From contig NC_042998.1 in assembly GCF_006345805.1 (NCBI RefSeq), forward strand, positions 32,860,001-32,924,000: 64,000 nt of DNA, read 5' to 3'. The DNA comes from Octopus sinensis (lineage: Eukaryota). The notes under the pieces are model-generated. The model had not been told where the DNA came from and made no database searches. It worked only from the letters and a program-made list of their open reading frames with translations. The position numbers and the translations under genes were made by a program. The stretch's first letter is position 1, and each line of letters opens with the position of its first letter. Below, piece after piece: positions 1-12,383 of the stretch.

Positions 1-107
1 ATCTATCTGTCTATTTTTCTATATATCTATCTCTCTGTCTATCTATTTATCTATTTTTTATCTATCTATATATCTATCTATCCATCCATCCATCCATCCA
101 TCCATCC

Positions 108-170
<63 letters not shown>
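1..170. repeat. (TCTA)n/(TCCA)n microsatellite, 5' flank of LINE
   Basis: Direct reading. The same (TCTA)n resumes at about 2430-2600 after the LINE. Confidence 0.95.
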
Positions 171-171
<1 letters not shown>

Positions 172-2424
172 GCCCATCACTCTGCTTAATGCAGACTTGA
201 AAATTTTGGCCAAGGTGCTAGCCAAGAGGTTGGCGCTTGTCATCGAGAAACTGGTCGACAAGGCGCAAACGTGCGCCGTGCCAGGCCGGACCATCCATGA
301 CAACCTCCATCTGATGCGCTACATCATAGACAGGGTAGTTAACGAACCTGGCATGGGTGGGGCCCTGATCAACTTGGATCAATCGAAAGCCTTTGATAGG
401 GTAGACCATCGATACTTGGAGGCAGTCCTGAGAGCGGCTGGTTTCGGTCCCGTCTTCCGCGGCTGGATAGCTGCCTTGTACAGAGGCATCCGTTCGGTAA
501 TTCGCGCGTAAATGGACATCTATCGAGACCTTTCGACATTGCACGTTCGGTCCGTCAGGGATGCCCCCTCTCGGCGCTTCTATACGTATTGACTCTTGAG
601 CCACTACTGCGGAAGCTGGCGACTCTAAGGGCATCCCGTGAGAATTGGGATGCGGGACGAGCGTGTCTGCATACGCGGACGACGTCACCGTCATAGTGTC
701 TAGCCACGAGCACATCGAGCTGGTCGGCGAGACACTGAAAAACTACGAAGCGGTGACAGGAGCGAAAATCAACCGGGAAAAGTCAGTGGGCTTGCGACTA
801 GGCACCTGGAGAAGCAAGCCCATGCCGTCCACCAGCGCCTCCGTCTGGGACGCTGGACCGACGGCCCGTTGAGTTGCTCGGGGTCTGGTTTGGTCCGGAC
901 CTCCAAGTGGAGAAACTGGAACGAGATAACGAGTAGGGTGGTCACTCTCGCCGGCAATGGGCCGAGAGGAAACTGTCCCTAAAAGGTCGAGCGGAGGTGG
1001 CGAACACGTACATCGCGTCCGTCATCTACTACCGCCTGACCGTCGTACCTTGTCCCGACCCTACCATCACCAAACTACAACGCATTCTCTTTCGCTTCTT
1101 GTGGAAAGGATGCGTCCCGATGGTCAGGCGATCCATTTGCTGTCAACACACCGTTAAAGGAGGGCTGGGCATGCCGTGGTTGATGATGCGCAGATACGCG
1201 CTGAGACTGCGACATCTCTGGCTCTATGTAGACGACGGTGAACAGGTGTGGTCGCCGTTTGTGAGGCACGCTTTCCCGCAGCTCGTCTCCATGACCGAAC
1301 TGCAGTCGTGGATCTAAAAGAGGCCGAGGAAGGGCGAATGGCACCGCGAGTGTCGCGTTGCTCTCAATCAACTCTGCCGTCCTGGGTCGACTTTAAGTGA
1401 CTTCAACACAACCAAAGCATTCTATAGGGGTTTAGTGGAGGGGAGGTACGACGACGAGCTCGGGGCGAACCTGGACGTCGACGAGGAGTACCTGACCCGC
1501 CTGTTCAGGACAACATTCGGGCCAGGGCCCATGGACAACTTCCAGAGATCCCTGGCTTGGCAGTGCTACCGAGAAGCGCTACCCGTTCGGGATAAGCTCT
1601 ACAGACACGGCTCGAGAAACACGGGGCCGACCTGCCCGAGATGCGGTCAGAGCGACGAAACCGTTCTGCACGCACTCGTTCAGTGTCCAACAATTTCCGA
1701 CCTGTGGGCTTATGTCGAACAACTGCTGTCACGTGTGGGACGAGTCGGTTTATCAGCTGAGTCTATCGTCAATATTGTCACGCCTCCTTCCTTCAAACGG
1801 AAGGAAGAGCTATTTTCATCATCGTTTGGCTATGGCGAAATAATGTATCTGGTGGACGCGTCTGAAAGGATTGGAGACAAACACTTTCCTCTCTGGTCAA
1901 TCTCTCATCAACTTCTTCAAGTACCACTTGAAAAGGAAAGTGAGAGTAGAGAGGCAAGTTTTGTCTAGCAAATGTTTTAAAAAAAGATGGGTGAATGTAG
2001 CAAGAATGGCACGTATGAATGACGAAGCCACCTTCAGCATAATCCTATGAACCCAGAAATTGAAACAGAGATTTGCTTATTTGCAAAAAAAAAAAAAAAA
2101 AAAAGAAATATAAAATGTGACTTCATTGACCGAGGTTCCGTGGTCTTTTCCGTAGGCTTTTCTTCCCACCGGTAAACCTCACCTGTCCTCCCCTTTACAC
2201 TTCATATTGACATTTCTGTGATAACGATCCCTATTGATCATTTTTTTTTTCTTTTTTTTTCCTCTCCCCCCTTTTTTAACCCCCCCCTTTTTTGTCCTCT
2301 TCTCTCCTTTTACGATCCCTTTTGATCGAAACTCCCCCCTTTCCTTTTTTTAAACCTTCAAAAGAAAAGCTCTACCTTGTAATTTGTTCTATCTGTGTGC
2401 AGCCCTGTGTGGCTAATAAAGAAA
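172..2424 (+). mobile_element. 5'-truncated non-LTR retrotransposon, L1/Tx1-like: RT domain, C-terminal Cys/His zinc-finger region and 3' UTR; frameshifted and dead
   Basis: PITLLNAD-LKILAKVLAKRL, LDQSKAFDRVDH, SVRQGCPLS, SAYADDVT (672-683), KGGLGMP and CPRCGQSDETVLHALVQC are spread over several frames with stops. It ends in AATAAAGAAA (2415-2424) and lies inside (TCTA)n. Confidence 0.92.
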
Positions 2425-2430
2425 CATATA

Positions 2431-2506
<76 letters not shown>

Positions 2507-2515
2507 AATCAATCA

Positions 2516-2567
<52 letters not shown>

Positions 2568-2728
2568 GTCTTGTCTGTCTATCTGTCTGTCTGTCTGTCT
2601 ATTTTTCTATATGTCTGTCACGAATGTTGATACCTCAACCTCCTGCACCGATTTGCACCTACTTACCTGTTTATGTGTATACATTGTAATCTAACTCTCA
2701 TAGTCTTATCTAGTCAAATACAAACAAG

Positions 2729-2770
<42 letters not shown>

Positions 2771-3407
2771 ACGCGCACCAAGCGTAACCTTACAAACATA
2801 CTGATGCGCCAACACTTTTCACTATTTACCTTTCAAACCTCTCTCTCTCTTTCTCTGTATCTCTTTCACACACACACAGGCATACATATGCTGTTAAATT
2901 ATTCTCTTATTTATGAATCTCAGCTTGTCATATTCTGTCTTTGTTAAATTCCGTGAGGTCAAATACACTAAGATCAGATTCCAATATATCTGTCTTCTGT
3001 TGCCATCTTAATCTTCGGCTTATTAAATATTTTAATGGAACCTGCAGCACCTATGTCGTAACATATCCAAGGAACACACATGCCTCTTAGAATCGTGTGA
3101 CAAAACTTCTGAAACACAGGTACGTACATTTGTATTTTGCCGCTTAGCTTGTTTGTAATTCCGACAAGAATTCAAACCTGTTTCACAGCTCTTTACGAGC
3201 CAAGAGAATCTTTGCCTGGTCATTTCACCTGCTGAAACAAGCAACTAAATGTCCCTCAAGCCTGCCTGCCTCCATCTTAAGAAAATAAAATAAATAAAAA
3301 GGACAAAATTTTAATAACAATGTCCAGTGTTTTGCTGAGTGAAGGTTGGCCAGGTGTTAAACATCGCCGCCATCACCCCCATCATCATCATCATCACCAT
3401 GAGGAGC

Positions 3408-3520
3408 AGAAGAAGAAGAAGAAGAAGAAGAAAAGAAGAAGAAGAAGAAGAAGAAAAGAAGAAGAAGAAGAAGAAGAAGAAGAAGAAGAAGAAGAAGAAG
3501 AAGAAGAAGAAGAAGAAGAA
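3408..3520. repeat. (GAA)n microsatellite
   Basis: Direct reading. It explains the poly-E/K/R ORFs at 3320-3544. Confidence 0.95.
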
Positions 3521-3885
3521 GCAGCTCTAACCATCTATTACTAGCTACAAGAAATCTTCATAATCATTCACCTCTTATATTTAAAGAATAAACGGTGTCA
3601 TGTTTCAGATGCATTGGTCTCAAATTTTGGTATAAGTCCAGGAATTTCGAGGGTGGGTTGGGGTGGGAAGTCAGTTAGATCGCGCCCAGAGCTCAACATC
3701 GAAAGGATGAAATGCAAAGTTGACGTTGGTGGAATTTGAAACCAGAGCATAAATATGGACGAGATGCTGCTAAGCTCATCGTCTTATACGTTTCAGACAT
3801 GTTAAATCATATCTGTTGCACTGAAATTTTATCCAACAATATCAACTTTCACTAAGATTCCCCGTCGTATATATTTATCCAACAA

Positions 3886-4206
3886 AGGATTTACGCTAGC
3901 GTAATGGTAGCATTCTTGACGCGAAAACAAAGAGGTGTGAGGTCGAGTCCCAAGCGTACGTGAAGGCCTACTTTGAGGCGGTCAGCTGGCAGAAACGTTA
4001 GCGCGCCGGGCGAAATGCCTAGCGGTATTTCGTCTGAGGCTACGTTCTGAGTTCAAATTCCGCCGAGGTCGACTTTGCCTTTCAGCCTTTCGGAGTCGAT
4101 AAATAAAGTACCAGTTTCGCACTGGGTCAATGTAATCGACTTAATCCGTTTGTCTGTCCTTGTTTGTCCCCTCTATGTTTAGCCCCTTGTGGGTAGTAAA
4201 GAAATG
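3886..4206 (+). mobile_element. SINE family A copy with an extra upstream tRNA-like segment, within one 16-bp TSD
   Basis: TSD tatatttatccaacaa at 3870-3885 and 4207-4222. The SINE-A body starts at about 3976. The upstream segment has A-box-like TAGCGTAATGG and B-box-like GGTCGAGTCC. Confidence 0.8.
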
Positions 4207-5039
4207 TATATTTATCCAACAATATAACTGTCAAGGGAAGAAGAAAAATGGGCTTCTAAGAATGTCACCTAAAACATGTTTCACAAAATGCAGAGCGCCA
4301 AGTGGTTTTTCATGAAAGCTTTCGGAATAAATTTTGTTCTGTGATAAAGAAGACAAGACAAATTATCTCATCGACTTTTGTATGTCAGATATCTTTGTAC
4401 TAATACTTAAAGTTATGGCTCATCACTGTTCTATGAAATATTCATAAACTGCCCGGTTGGAGATAAATCGAAGGTTGGCGATATGCTAACAGCTGCGAGC
4501 CTGTGTTGTGTTATATACTACAACGACATTCGTGTATTAGTTGTTGGAAAGAAGCCAAAGTGCTATAAAGCGAAGCATGGAAGCATGGATTGCTCGAAAG
4601 TTATCTGACGGTTTGAAAAATATTGACGTTTATTATAACCAACAGCAGAAATGGAATCGCAACAACAAGAAGTAAATGAATGTATCTAAGCATAAAGAAA
4701 AGGCAGAAGAACTTGAAATAACAAACAACACTAAAGTTGAACACAGAAAGAATGAATCTACGTCATACGTTTTGGGAAAAGAATCTGATGAGTGCAACAA
4801 CAACGACACAAAAATACAAATAAATATATCTTTTCTTTTTCGGATTCCTTTTCATGTAAAGAAAATGATGAATATGAAGTGCAAATAGATGTTTAATTCA
4901 AAAGGAGAAACACGACTAAGAAATACAAAAGCAGGAGATGGCAGGATTTACAACGCAAAAGCTATAGAAAACGGCATTGTTCCTTCATATATGTTCTAAG
5001 AACGAGGAAGAGATAGCGAATACAGAAAGATACAAATGA

Positions 5040-5425
5040 TCTTTTATCTCTGGGGCTGGGGCTATACTGGGGCGCCGCCTTAAAGGGTTCAGTCGAACAG
5101 CTTGATCCCTGTACTTCTTTTTAAACATGATGGTTTTTCTATCAGCCAAGTTTTACTGAACATTAAGTTACACCAGTTGCCAAGCAGTCCTTGGGGCCAA
5201 ACACAAACACAAACACACACACACACACACACACACATATGCATGCACACACAGACACACATACATACACATGTACAAGCTTCTTTCACTTTTTGACCAC
5301 CAAATCCACTCACACGCCTTTGGTAAACCGGGGATGTAGTAAAAGTCACTCTCTCTAGATGCCATGCAGTAGAACTGAACCGGAAACCCTATGTACAGAA
5401 ACCAAACTCTTTACCACACAGCCAT
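5040..5425 (-). mobile_element. SINE family B (tRNA head, CORE-like domain), diverged
   Basis: The reverse complement matches 34845-35270 (ggctgtgtggtaa...gagtggatttggt...). Confidence 0.75.
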
Positions 5426-5462
5426 TTATATATGTATGTCATGTATGTGCGTATGTATTTTG

Positions 5463-5489
<27 letters not shown>

Positions 5490-5504
<15 letters not shown>

Positions 5505-6944
5505 TAAATGAAATAAAACATATGCATATATATAAACATATATGTACGTACCTACCTCTACATGTACATATACACGCATATATGAGTACAGGACACCAAA
5601 GGGACGTCGAACACAATGAGAAACGAAAACATAGACACAAACCAAAGGAACTGGACATTTTTTAAAAAACAACAAAAAATAGAGTACAGGACAATTAACA
5701 CAAAGAAAAAAAACCCTTCTGCAGTCGCTACGGTTTCATCTACTCTACGTTTCGAAGGATAAAAGCGAGACGTATCTTCGACAAGAAACTTTCCTTCCTG
5801 CGAAAAGCAAATCAATTAAAATTCTGAGATCTTTTCGCAGAGGGGTGAAAAATGGTAAAAATAAATGGTAAAAAAACAGGACAGTAACGACAGTACAAAA
5901 TATAAACAGTAAAATACAGGACAGGGAAAAACAAGATAAGAAGGGCTGTTGACGCCGAACGAAAACAAGTATTGCGAACGCAGAATTTTTTGTGAACGAC
6001 GAGAGGAGAAGGAAGAATGTCGTCCATTACCTTGAAAGGCCAGGCCAGAAAGATAGTCAGAGCGGAAGTATCGTCGCGGGTGAACGACAGGAAGGGGGAG
6101 GAGGAGCAAGAGAAAGGGAGGGAAGAAGGGGAATGGCTGCGAGGAAACCACGAAGAATGGTGAGGGGGAGAGAGAGAGTGAAGAATGAGAGAGAGGAAGA
6201 GACAAGTTAAGTAGAGGAAAAGGAAATCAAAGAATGAAGGCTGAGAAAGGGATGGGACAGAAAGGTGAAGAGTGCGCGTCAGAGTTAATATCAAGACCAA
6301 AACTTGATACACAGAACAATCTTACTTAAGGGGGTGCGTGCGTTTCGTCATATAATATATTAATAAATTAAATAAAACATACACATATATATAAACATAT
6401 ATGTACGTACCTACCTCTACATGTACATATACACGCGCGTTCGCAATACTTGTTTTCGTTCGGCGTCAACAGCCCTTCTTATCTTGTTTTTCCTGTCCTG
6501 TCTTTTACTGTTTATATTTTGTACTGTCGTTACTGTCCTGTTTTTTTACCATTTTTTTTACCATTTTTTACCCCTCTGCGAAAAGATCTCAGAATTTTAA
6601 TTGATTTGCTTTTCGCAGGAAGGAAAGTTTCTTGTCGAAGATACGTCTCGCTTTTATCCTTCGAAACGTAGAGTAGATGAAACCGTAGCGACTGAAGAAG
6701 GGGTTTTTTCTTTGTGTTAATTGTCCTGTACTCTATTTTTTTGTTATTTTTAAAAAATGTCCAGTTCCTTTGGTTTGTGTCTGTTTTCGTTTCTCATTGT
6801 GTTCGACGTCCCTTTGGTGTCCTGTACTCATATATGCGTGTATATGTACATGTAGAGGTAGGTACGTACAAATATGTTTATATATATGCATATGTTTTAT
6901 TTCATTTATTAATATATTATATGACAAAACGCACACACCCCGTT

Positions 6945-6945
<1 letters not shown>
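5490..6945. mobile_element. Non-coding PLE-like insertion: ~860-bp unit, partial tandem copy and ~500-bp inverted copy, in (TA)n
   Basis: About 5493-5982 is the reverse complement of about 6436-6915. About 6353-6436 directly repeats about 5493-5577. Both ends abut (TA)n. Confidence 0.8.
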
Positions 6946-7039
<94 letters not shown>

Positions 7040-7040
7040 C

Positions 7041-7252
7041 ACATAAAATTTTATAATTATGAGTATAATTATAATTAGGGTTCAGCAAAAATTTGCTTCA
7101 CCATATACCGAAATTTAGAAATAGCAGTTAAAACTAACTATTTCACTACTATATAGTTAGTTTTAACTGCTATTTCTAAATTTCGGTATGTGGTGAAGCA
7201 ATTTTTGCTGAACCCTAATTATAATTATACTCATAATTATAAAATTTTATGT
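7041..7252. repeat. Near-perfect fold-back, ~100-bp arms and ~13-nt loop
   Basis: acataaaattttataattatgag...aaaactaacta pairs with tagttagtttt...ctcataattataaaattttatgt. Confidence 0.9.
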
Positions 7253-8340
7253 ATAAGTTTACCGATAATTGTCCTTTAAATATACCGAACTACTTGTATG
7301 TATATATATATATCTCTGTTACTCTTTTACTTGTTTCAGCCATCCGGCTGAGGCCATGCTGGGGCACCGCCCTTGAATGCGTTCCCATGCCCTTGAATGC
7401 GTTCCCATCTATATATATAGATTGATACATAGATAGATACATAGATAGATACGGCGAATAAGGAAATGGAGAGGATACAAAAACGACATACATCAGCCGC
7501 TATACATTCTAGTATGTCTATTTATTCCAATGTATTAGAATGTATTAGAAGAATACATACACATGTAACAACCATGTATTACATACGCATGTACTTGTCG
7601 TTTTTGTATCCTCTCCATTTTTTTTTATTTGCCCTATAAGTTAAGGGTCAACCACTTTTCTCCCCCGCCCGGACGGATGGACAGACAGATAGATAGACAG
7701 ATAGATAAATGATGAAAATAGTAAATTATAATATACTGCTTGGGATGAGTAACAAAGACATGATTAAGTAACAAGTTTTCCATTAATTATCTGTCTAACC
7801 AAACAGTGGGCAGTGTCAAAAGGTGAACGTCTTTGTAGGCGTTTCAGCTGCTTTCGACCGAACTCAACGGAGGAAAGTCTGGACTAATGAAAGTGATTTT
7901 AACAACAACCTGTTACGAAAGAGACATCACACACAAAATGGTTTTTAAAATGTGAAATTGGTGTTGTGAGACTGCGCAAATGGGAAGTGTTCTGGAAACG
8001 AGGTTTGCTTCTTTTCCAATATCTGAACTAGAACCAGTCCAACCTTATCTTTCACTCAACCAGCTACAAACAGCAACGAAATCTTTTTTTCCGTTTTGGA
8101 AAAGATACACTTAATAACTTGAACCTGGATTTCCAGTACATATGGAAAAAGATGTGATGATCGTGACTGGAATATTAAGTGCTAAATTTGTTCGATCGGA
8201 GCCGATCTGCAATAAAAAAACATTATTACTGTGACTAAAATACATTCGTTCTCAATCAGCTTATGTATTATATGAACAATTTTGATTGTAACTTAATACA
8301 TACCATTTCATGAAGGGTGTTTTTTTTACAAACACTTGCG

Positions 8341-8792
8341 AATATTTCTTTCTGAAACAACTGAAAGAAAAAGTATATGTGAAACAGAATACCTTTATCT
8401 ATTTAAAGCCCTTCACTCTATAGATTTCTTATCATGAGAAATAGATAGTTATTTGTAAAACCATTTGTAGTATATTACTTTTTAAAAAAATAATTATACT
8501 GAAAATATTTTCACTATCTTGCACAATTTCAAAAAACAGAAAATAAAATTAATTGAAGTTGTAAACTTGATACGCATACATACAAGCATACAGTAGTACA
8601 TAGTGTCAGAATTGAAGTGAAATAATTGATTGGATAAATACGATATATATATGTACAAGTTCTCTATTTCTGTGTCTCAACGCAGACAATTTGTCTTGTC
8701 GAAAGATTCTAAAAATCTTCTCGTTCACTCTTATTTATAATTGAAGGAATGGTCTTACTCAAACGAACAAGCAGTGTCACTCAGACATTTGC

Positions 8793-8830
<38 letters not shown>

Positions 8831-8884
8831 TTGTCTGTGTGCCGCTCTTTCCTTAAATACACACACACACACACACACACACAC

Positions 8885-8918
<34 letters not shown>

Positions 8919-9200
8919 ATATATATATATATATACATACATACATACATACATATAAATATATATGTGTGTGTGTGTGTGTGTAATATCTCTTTCTGAA
9001 ACAACTGAAGGAAAAAGTATATGTGAAACAGAATACCTTTATCTGTTTAAAGCCCTTCACTCTATAGATTTGTTATCATGAGAAATAGATAGTTATTTGT
9101 AAAACCATTTGTAGTATATTACTTTTTAAAAAAATAATTATACTGAAAATATTTTCACTATCTTGCACAATTTCAAAAAACAGAAAATAAAATTAATTGA
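8341..9200. repeat. 216-bp direct duplication (8341-8556 and 8985-9200)
   Basis: Near-identical copies from aatat(t/c)tctttctgaaacaactg to aaaattaattga. Confidence 0.92.
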
Positions 9201-9276
9201 TTAATTTTACTATATGACAATTATTCGGCTGCCATATATAATTTTTTACTATATGACAATTATTCGGCTGCCATAT

Positions 9277-9335
9277 ATAAGACTCCGAGTTTCGGACGTC
9301 GGGGCAGGAGACTGCTCCGGCATCTCGTCAGTTAT
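9277..9335 (-). ncRNA. Type I hammerhead ribozyme motif
   Basis: Reverse complement: auaa CUGACGA gaugccggagcag-ucuc-cugccccgacguc c GAAA cucggag UC uuau. Stem I is auaa/uuau, stem II is long, and the site is GUC. Confidence 0.75.
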
Positions 9336-10423
9336 TGTGGCAATCAAAAAATGCTATGAAAGTGACCGTTAAGCAAAGGGAAATTGCTATGTAATTGACC
9401 GTTATTAAGATAAAAAGTTCTTGAGAGTGTGTTGCAGTGTGCAAAGGATGGTAAGGAATTAGCAAAATGCACAGAGAGAAGATATCTGTGATGAGAATTC
9501 GGTAAAATACGCAGAAGAGAAAAAGCTATACTGAAGAAATTTAAAGCTACAGTTGATACATATAGTGTAAAAAAGGGGTATTTTGGATGTACCTAGGATA
9601 GAAAAATACATGGTGGTGAAGCCAGACTATATTTCTTCAGCAGATGTTTTATATGGATGTATTGATGCTTGTATATACATATCTTCATACGTATATATAT
9701 TGCATATTGTATTTGCTCTTATGAAAATGATGGGTTGAACTGATGCAATGTATTTGACCATAAGTCTGAGCAACAAGGAAATTCCTACGCAGATAGGCCA
9801 AGTTTCCTTTTTCTTTAACCTTCTACACTATGCGTATTTATTTGCAATTTTTCTGCTTCCTTACAGGTAAAGGATAGGAACTTGAAATATCAAATTACCG
9901 GAATAAAGAAAATATTTTCTGCAATTGTGCTATATTTTGGATCACTTATACTTTTCAAGATGACCAGGAGTTTTCAATAACTTCAAATCTTGTTTTCCAA
10001 ATGCAGGGGTCCCTAAAGTAATGGAATTGGCTTTTCTGGTAACTAATTGCAATGGCAAGCAATGATTTTTATCTCTCGAAAGGATTTCTTTTCAGCGATC
10101 AAAGAAGCATTCTGAATGAATGCAGATTGAGCAGTCTTATTCTATTGAATAAGTTCTAAAGAAAATAGACATTTCCAATATAAATAAACTTGAACAGAAA
10201 GTTTTAGAGAGCAAAATGACCAAAGAGCCATTCTTTACCCTTCTCCTTTTGTATTTCTCTCTTCCCCTTGTCTCCTTCTCTCCCACTCTCTCTTCCTCTC
10301 TCTCTTTCTCACTTTCTCTCCTTCTCTCTCACTGCCTTTCTCTTTGGGATGAATTTACATTTTAATGTACCCTTTTCCTTTTCTTGTTTGTTATTTTTCT
10401 TTTATTGTGCAGTCAGTAGGGTG

Positions 10424-10575
10424 GACGCAGGTATGGCCCAGTGGTTACGAATTTAGAATCACAGTCAAGAGATGTAGTGTTCGATCCCACTACAAGGCAA
10501 CTTAGGCAAATCTCTTTTAACCCTAGCTTCAAGTCTCCCCAGTCCTTGCGAGTAAAATCATTGGACGGAAACAGC
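10424..10575 (+). mobile_element. Old SINE-B-like head, host of the next insertion
   Basis: tggcccagtgg (A box), gttcgatccc (B box), ...ttggacggaaac. Confidence 0.55.
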
Positions 10576-10664
10576 GCTGATACTTCAGTTCTATATTTAA
10601 GAGATGAGGAATTATTTACATTATTTACATTTGGTGGATATTTGTCCTCATCTTGCTTGTTGTT

Positions 10665-10710
10665 AACACAACGTTTCGGCTGTTATACCCTCCAGCCTTC
10701 ATCAGGTGTC
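10665..10710 (-). ncRNA. Minimal type I hammerhead motif
   Basis: Reverse complement: gacac CUGAUGA a ggcug-loop-cagcc GAAA c GUU guguu, with palindromic AACGUU stem III. Confidence 0.75.
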
Positions 10711-10911
10711 TTGGGGAACTTTCTAACCTGGGTTCTCATTCCAAAGGTATTTTTCGATATTATTATTATTATATTATTATTATTATTATTATTTTATTAT
10801 TATTATTATTCAGGTCACTGCCTGGAATTGAACTTGGAATCAGTAGCCCGCGCTCTTAACCTCTACGCCATATGCCTACGGGTAATTATGGAGTGAATAA
10901 TAATGATGATG

Positions 10912-10994
<83 letters not shown>

Positions 10995-11052
10995 AAGAAG
11001 AACATCGAAAAATACCTTAGGAATGAGAACCCAGGTTCGAATTTTTCCCAAC

Positions 11053-11096
11053 ACACCTGATGAAGGCTGGAGGGTATATCAGCCGAAACGTTGTGT
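11053..11096 (+). ncRNA. Minimal type I hammerhead motif (inverted copy)
   Basis: acac CTGATGA a ggctg gagggtatat cagcc GAAA c GTT gtgt. Confidence 0.75.
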
Positions 11097-12383
11097 TAAC
11101 AACAAACAAGATGAGGACAAGTATCCGTCAAATGTAAATAATGTAAATAATGTAGCACTGATACTTGTCGCACAGAATATTCCTGTACGATCCATTCTAG
11201 CTTAGTTAAGACACTTTTTTTAGATTAAAAATTGTCTGTAAGAAGAATATTTCAAAGACGTTACGAATCATTTTATGAAGCTGTAACCTCAAGTAATTCT
11301 TTTTTTTTTTTTTCATTAAGATGTGGTTATGATTAACTGGATATAATTTAACCTAATCAACAACAAATCAATCATAAATTGAAATGTCGTATAGAAAGCT
11401 TTGCAATTTCACAAACTCAGTTGATTTAATATAATGGTTTGAAAGATTACAATAATTGGTATTTTTTGAGAAAATTCATAGCAAATAGAGGATTTTAAAA
11501 AAAGACATTTTGACACAGTTTGGCTCATCTCTGCTTGAGATCTGAAGTGTGAGCCACAAATGATCGTAATGATTATGAGTCGGAAGCAAATAGCTAATTG
11601 GGACTCAGAATGCAGAAAACAATTCTGATTTAGGAATGCGAGGTTCCTATATGCATTCTTGATTGCTGTGAATTCAAGCTGAAATACTGAAGCAGAATTA
11701 TTCACTCAGTTCATCTTATCTCCAGATATTCCTTTTTTTTTGTTTTGTCTTTAAATCTCTAGCCTGAGGTTAAAATCTATTAGGATGTCCTGAGAGATTG
11801 TACGTCTTTGTATCTCATTAGTGACGAACATTATAGCAAATAAAATTGTTTCACAAACAAAATCACGATAAAACAATACCTGATGAGGTTAAACACAAAT
11901 CGTTCTAAAAATAAAACTAATTTGATGATTTCAAGTGATATAATGGCTGTGTAATGTGCGATGCTTGGTTATTATATTGGGCTACGAAGTTAAACATCAT
12001 AAGTTCAAATTCTAAAGTGATAAACTTTTCACTAAATATGTTAAGTAAAACCCGAAATAAAAACGTTCTAATGAATTTACGAAATAAATACTATAGAACT
12101 TTTCTAGAAATATAAATCTCGCTACCAGGTTTCTAGTTTTTATAAAGGAGAAAAAGTGAATAAATAGATTTTATAATCTACAAGTTGTTTTGTCTGCATT
12201 GGAAGCACATAATACAAACTTTGGAAAGGACAAAATAATTAGTAGTTAAAAAGATTAGTTCGTTACAAGTCAAATGCAATTATCGAGGAAAGCAAATTTC
12301 TGAACCTGTTGCCCCCTCTCTCCAAATACTGATTTAAAACTTTAGCACAAGACCAGCAATTACGGGTAAAGGATAAGTTGGTT

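Larger units (their letters stand above)
10586..11153. mobile_element. tRNA-headed, hammerhead-tailed SINE-like element inserted as an inverted pair (tails outward) with a 13-bp TSD
   Basis: TSD agc(g/a)ctgatactt at 10573-10585 and 11154-11166. The minus copy (about 10586-10876) is tRNA-like head, (AAT)n, HHR tail. The plus copy (about 10895-11153) is (AAT)n(AAG)n followed by the same tail. Confidence 0.85.

Noticed and set aside
3320-3544. Poly-H/K/R/E ORFs
   Set aside because: Translations of (CAT)n and (GAA)n microsatellites.
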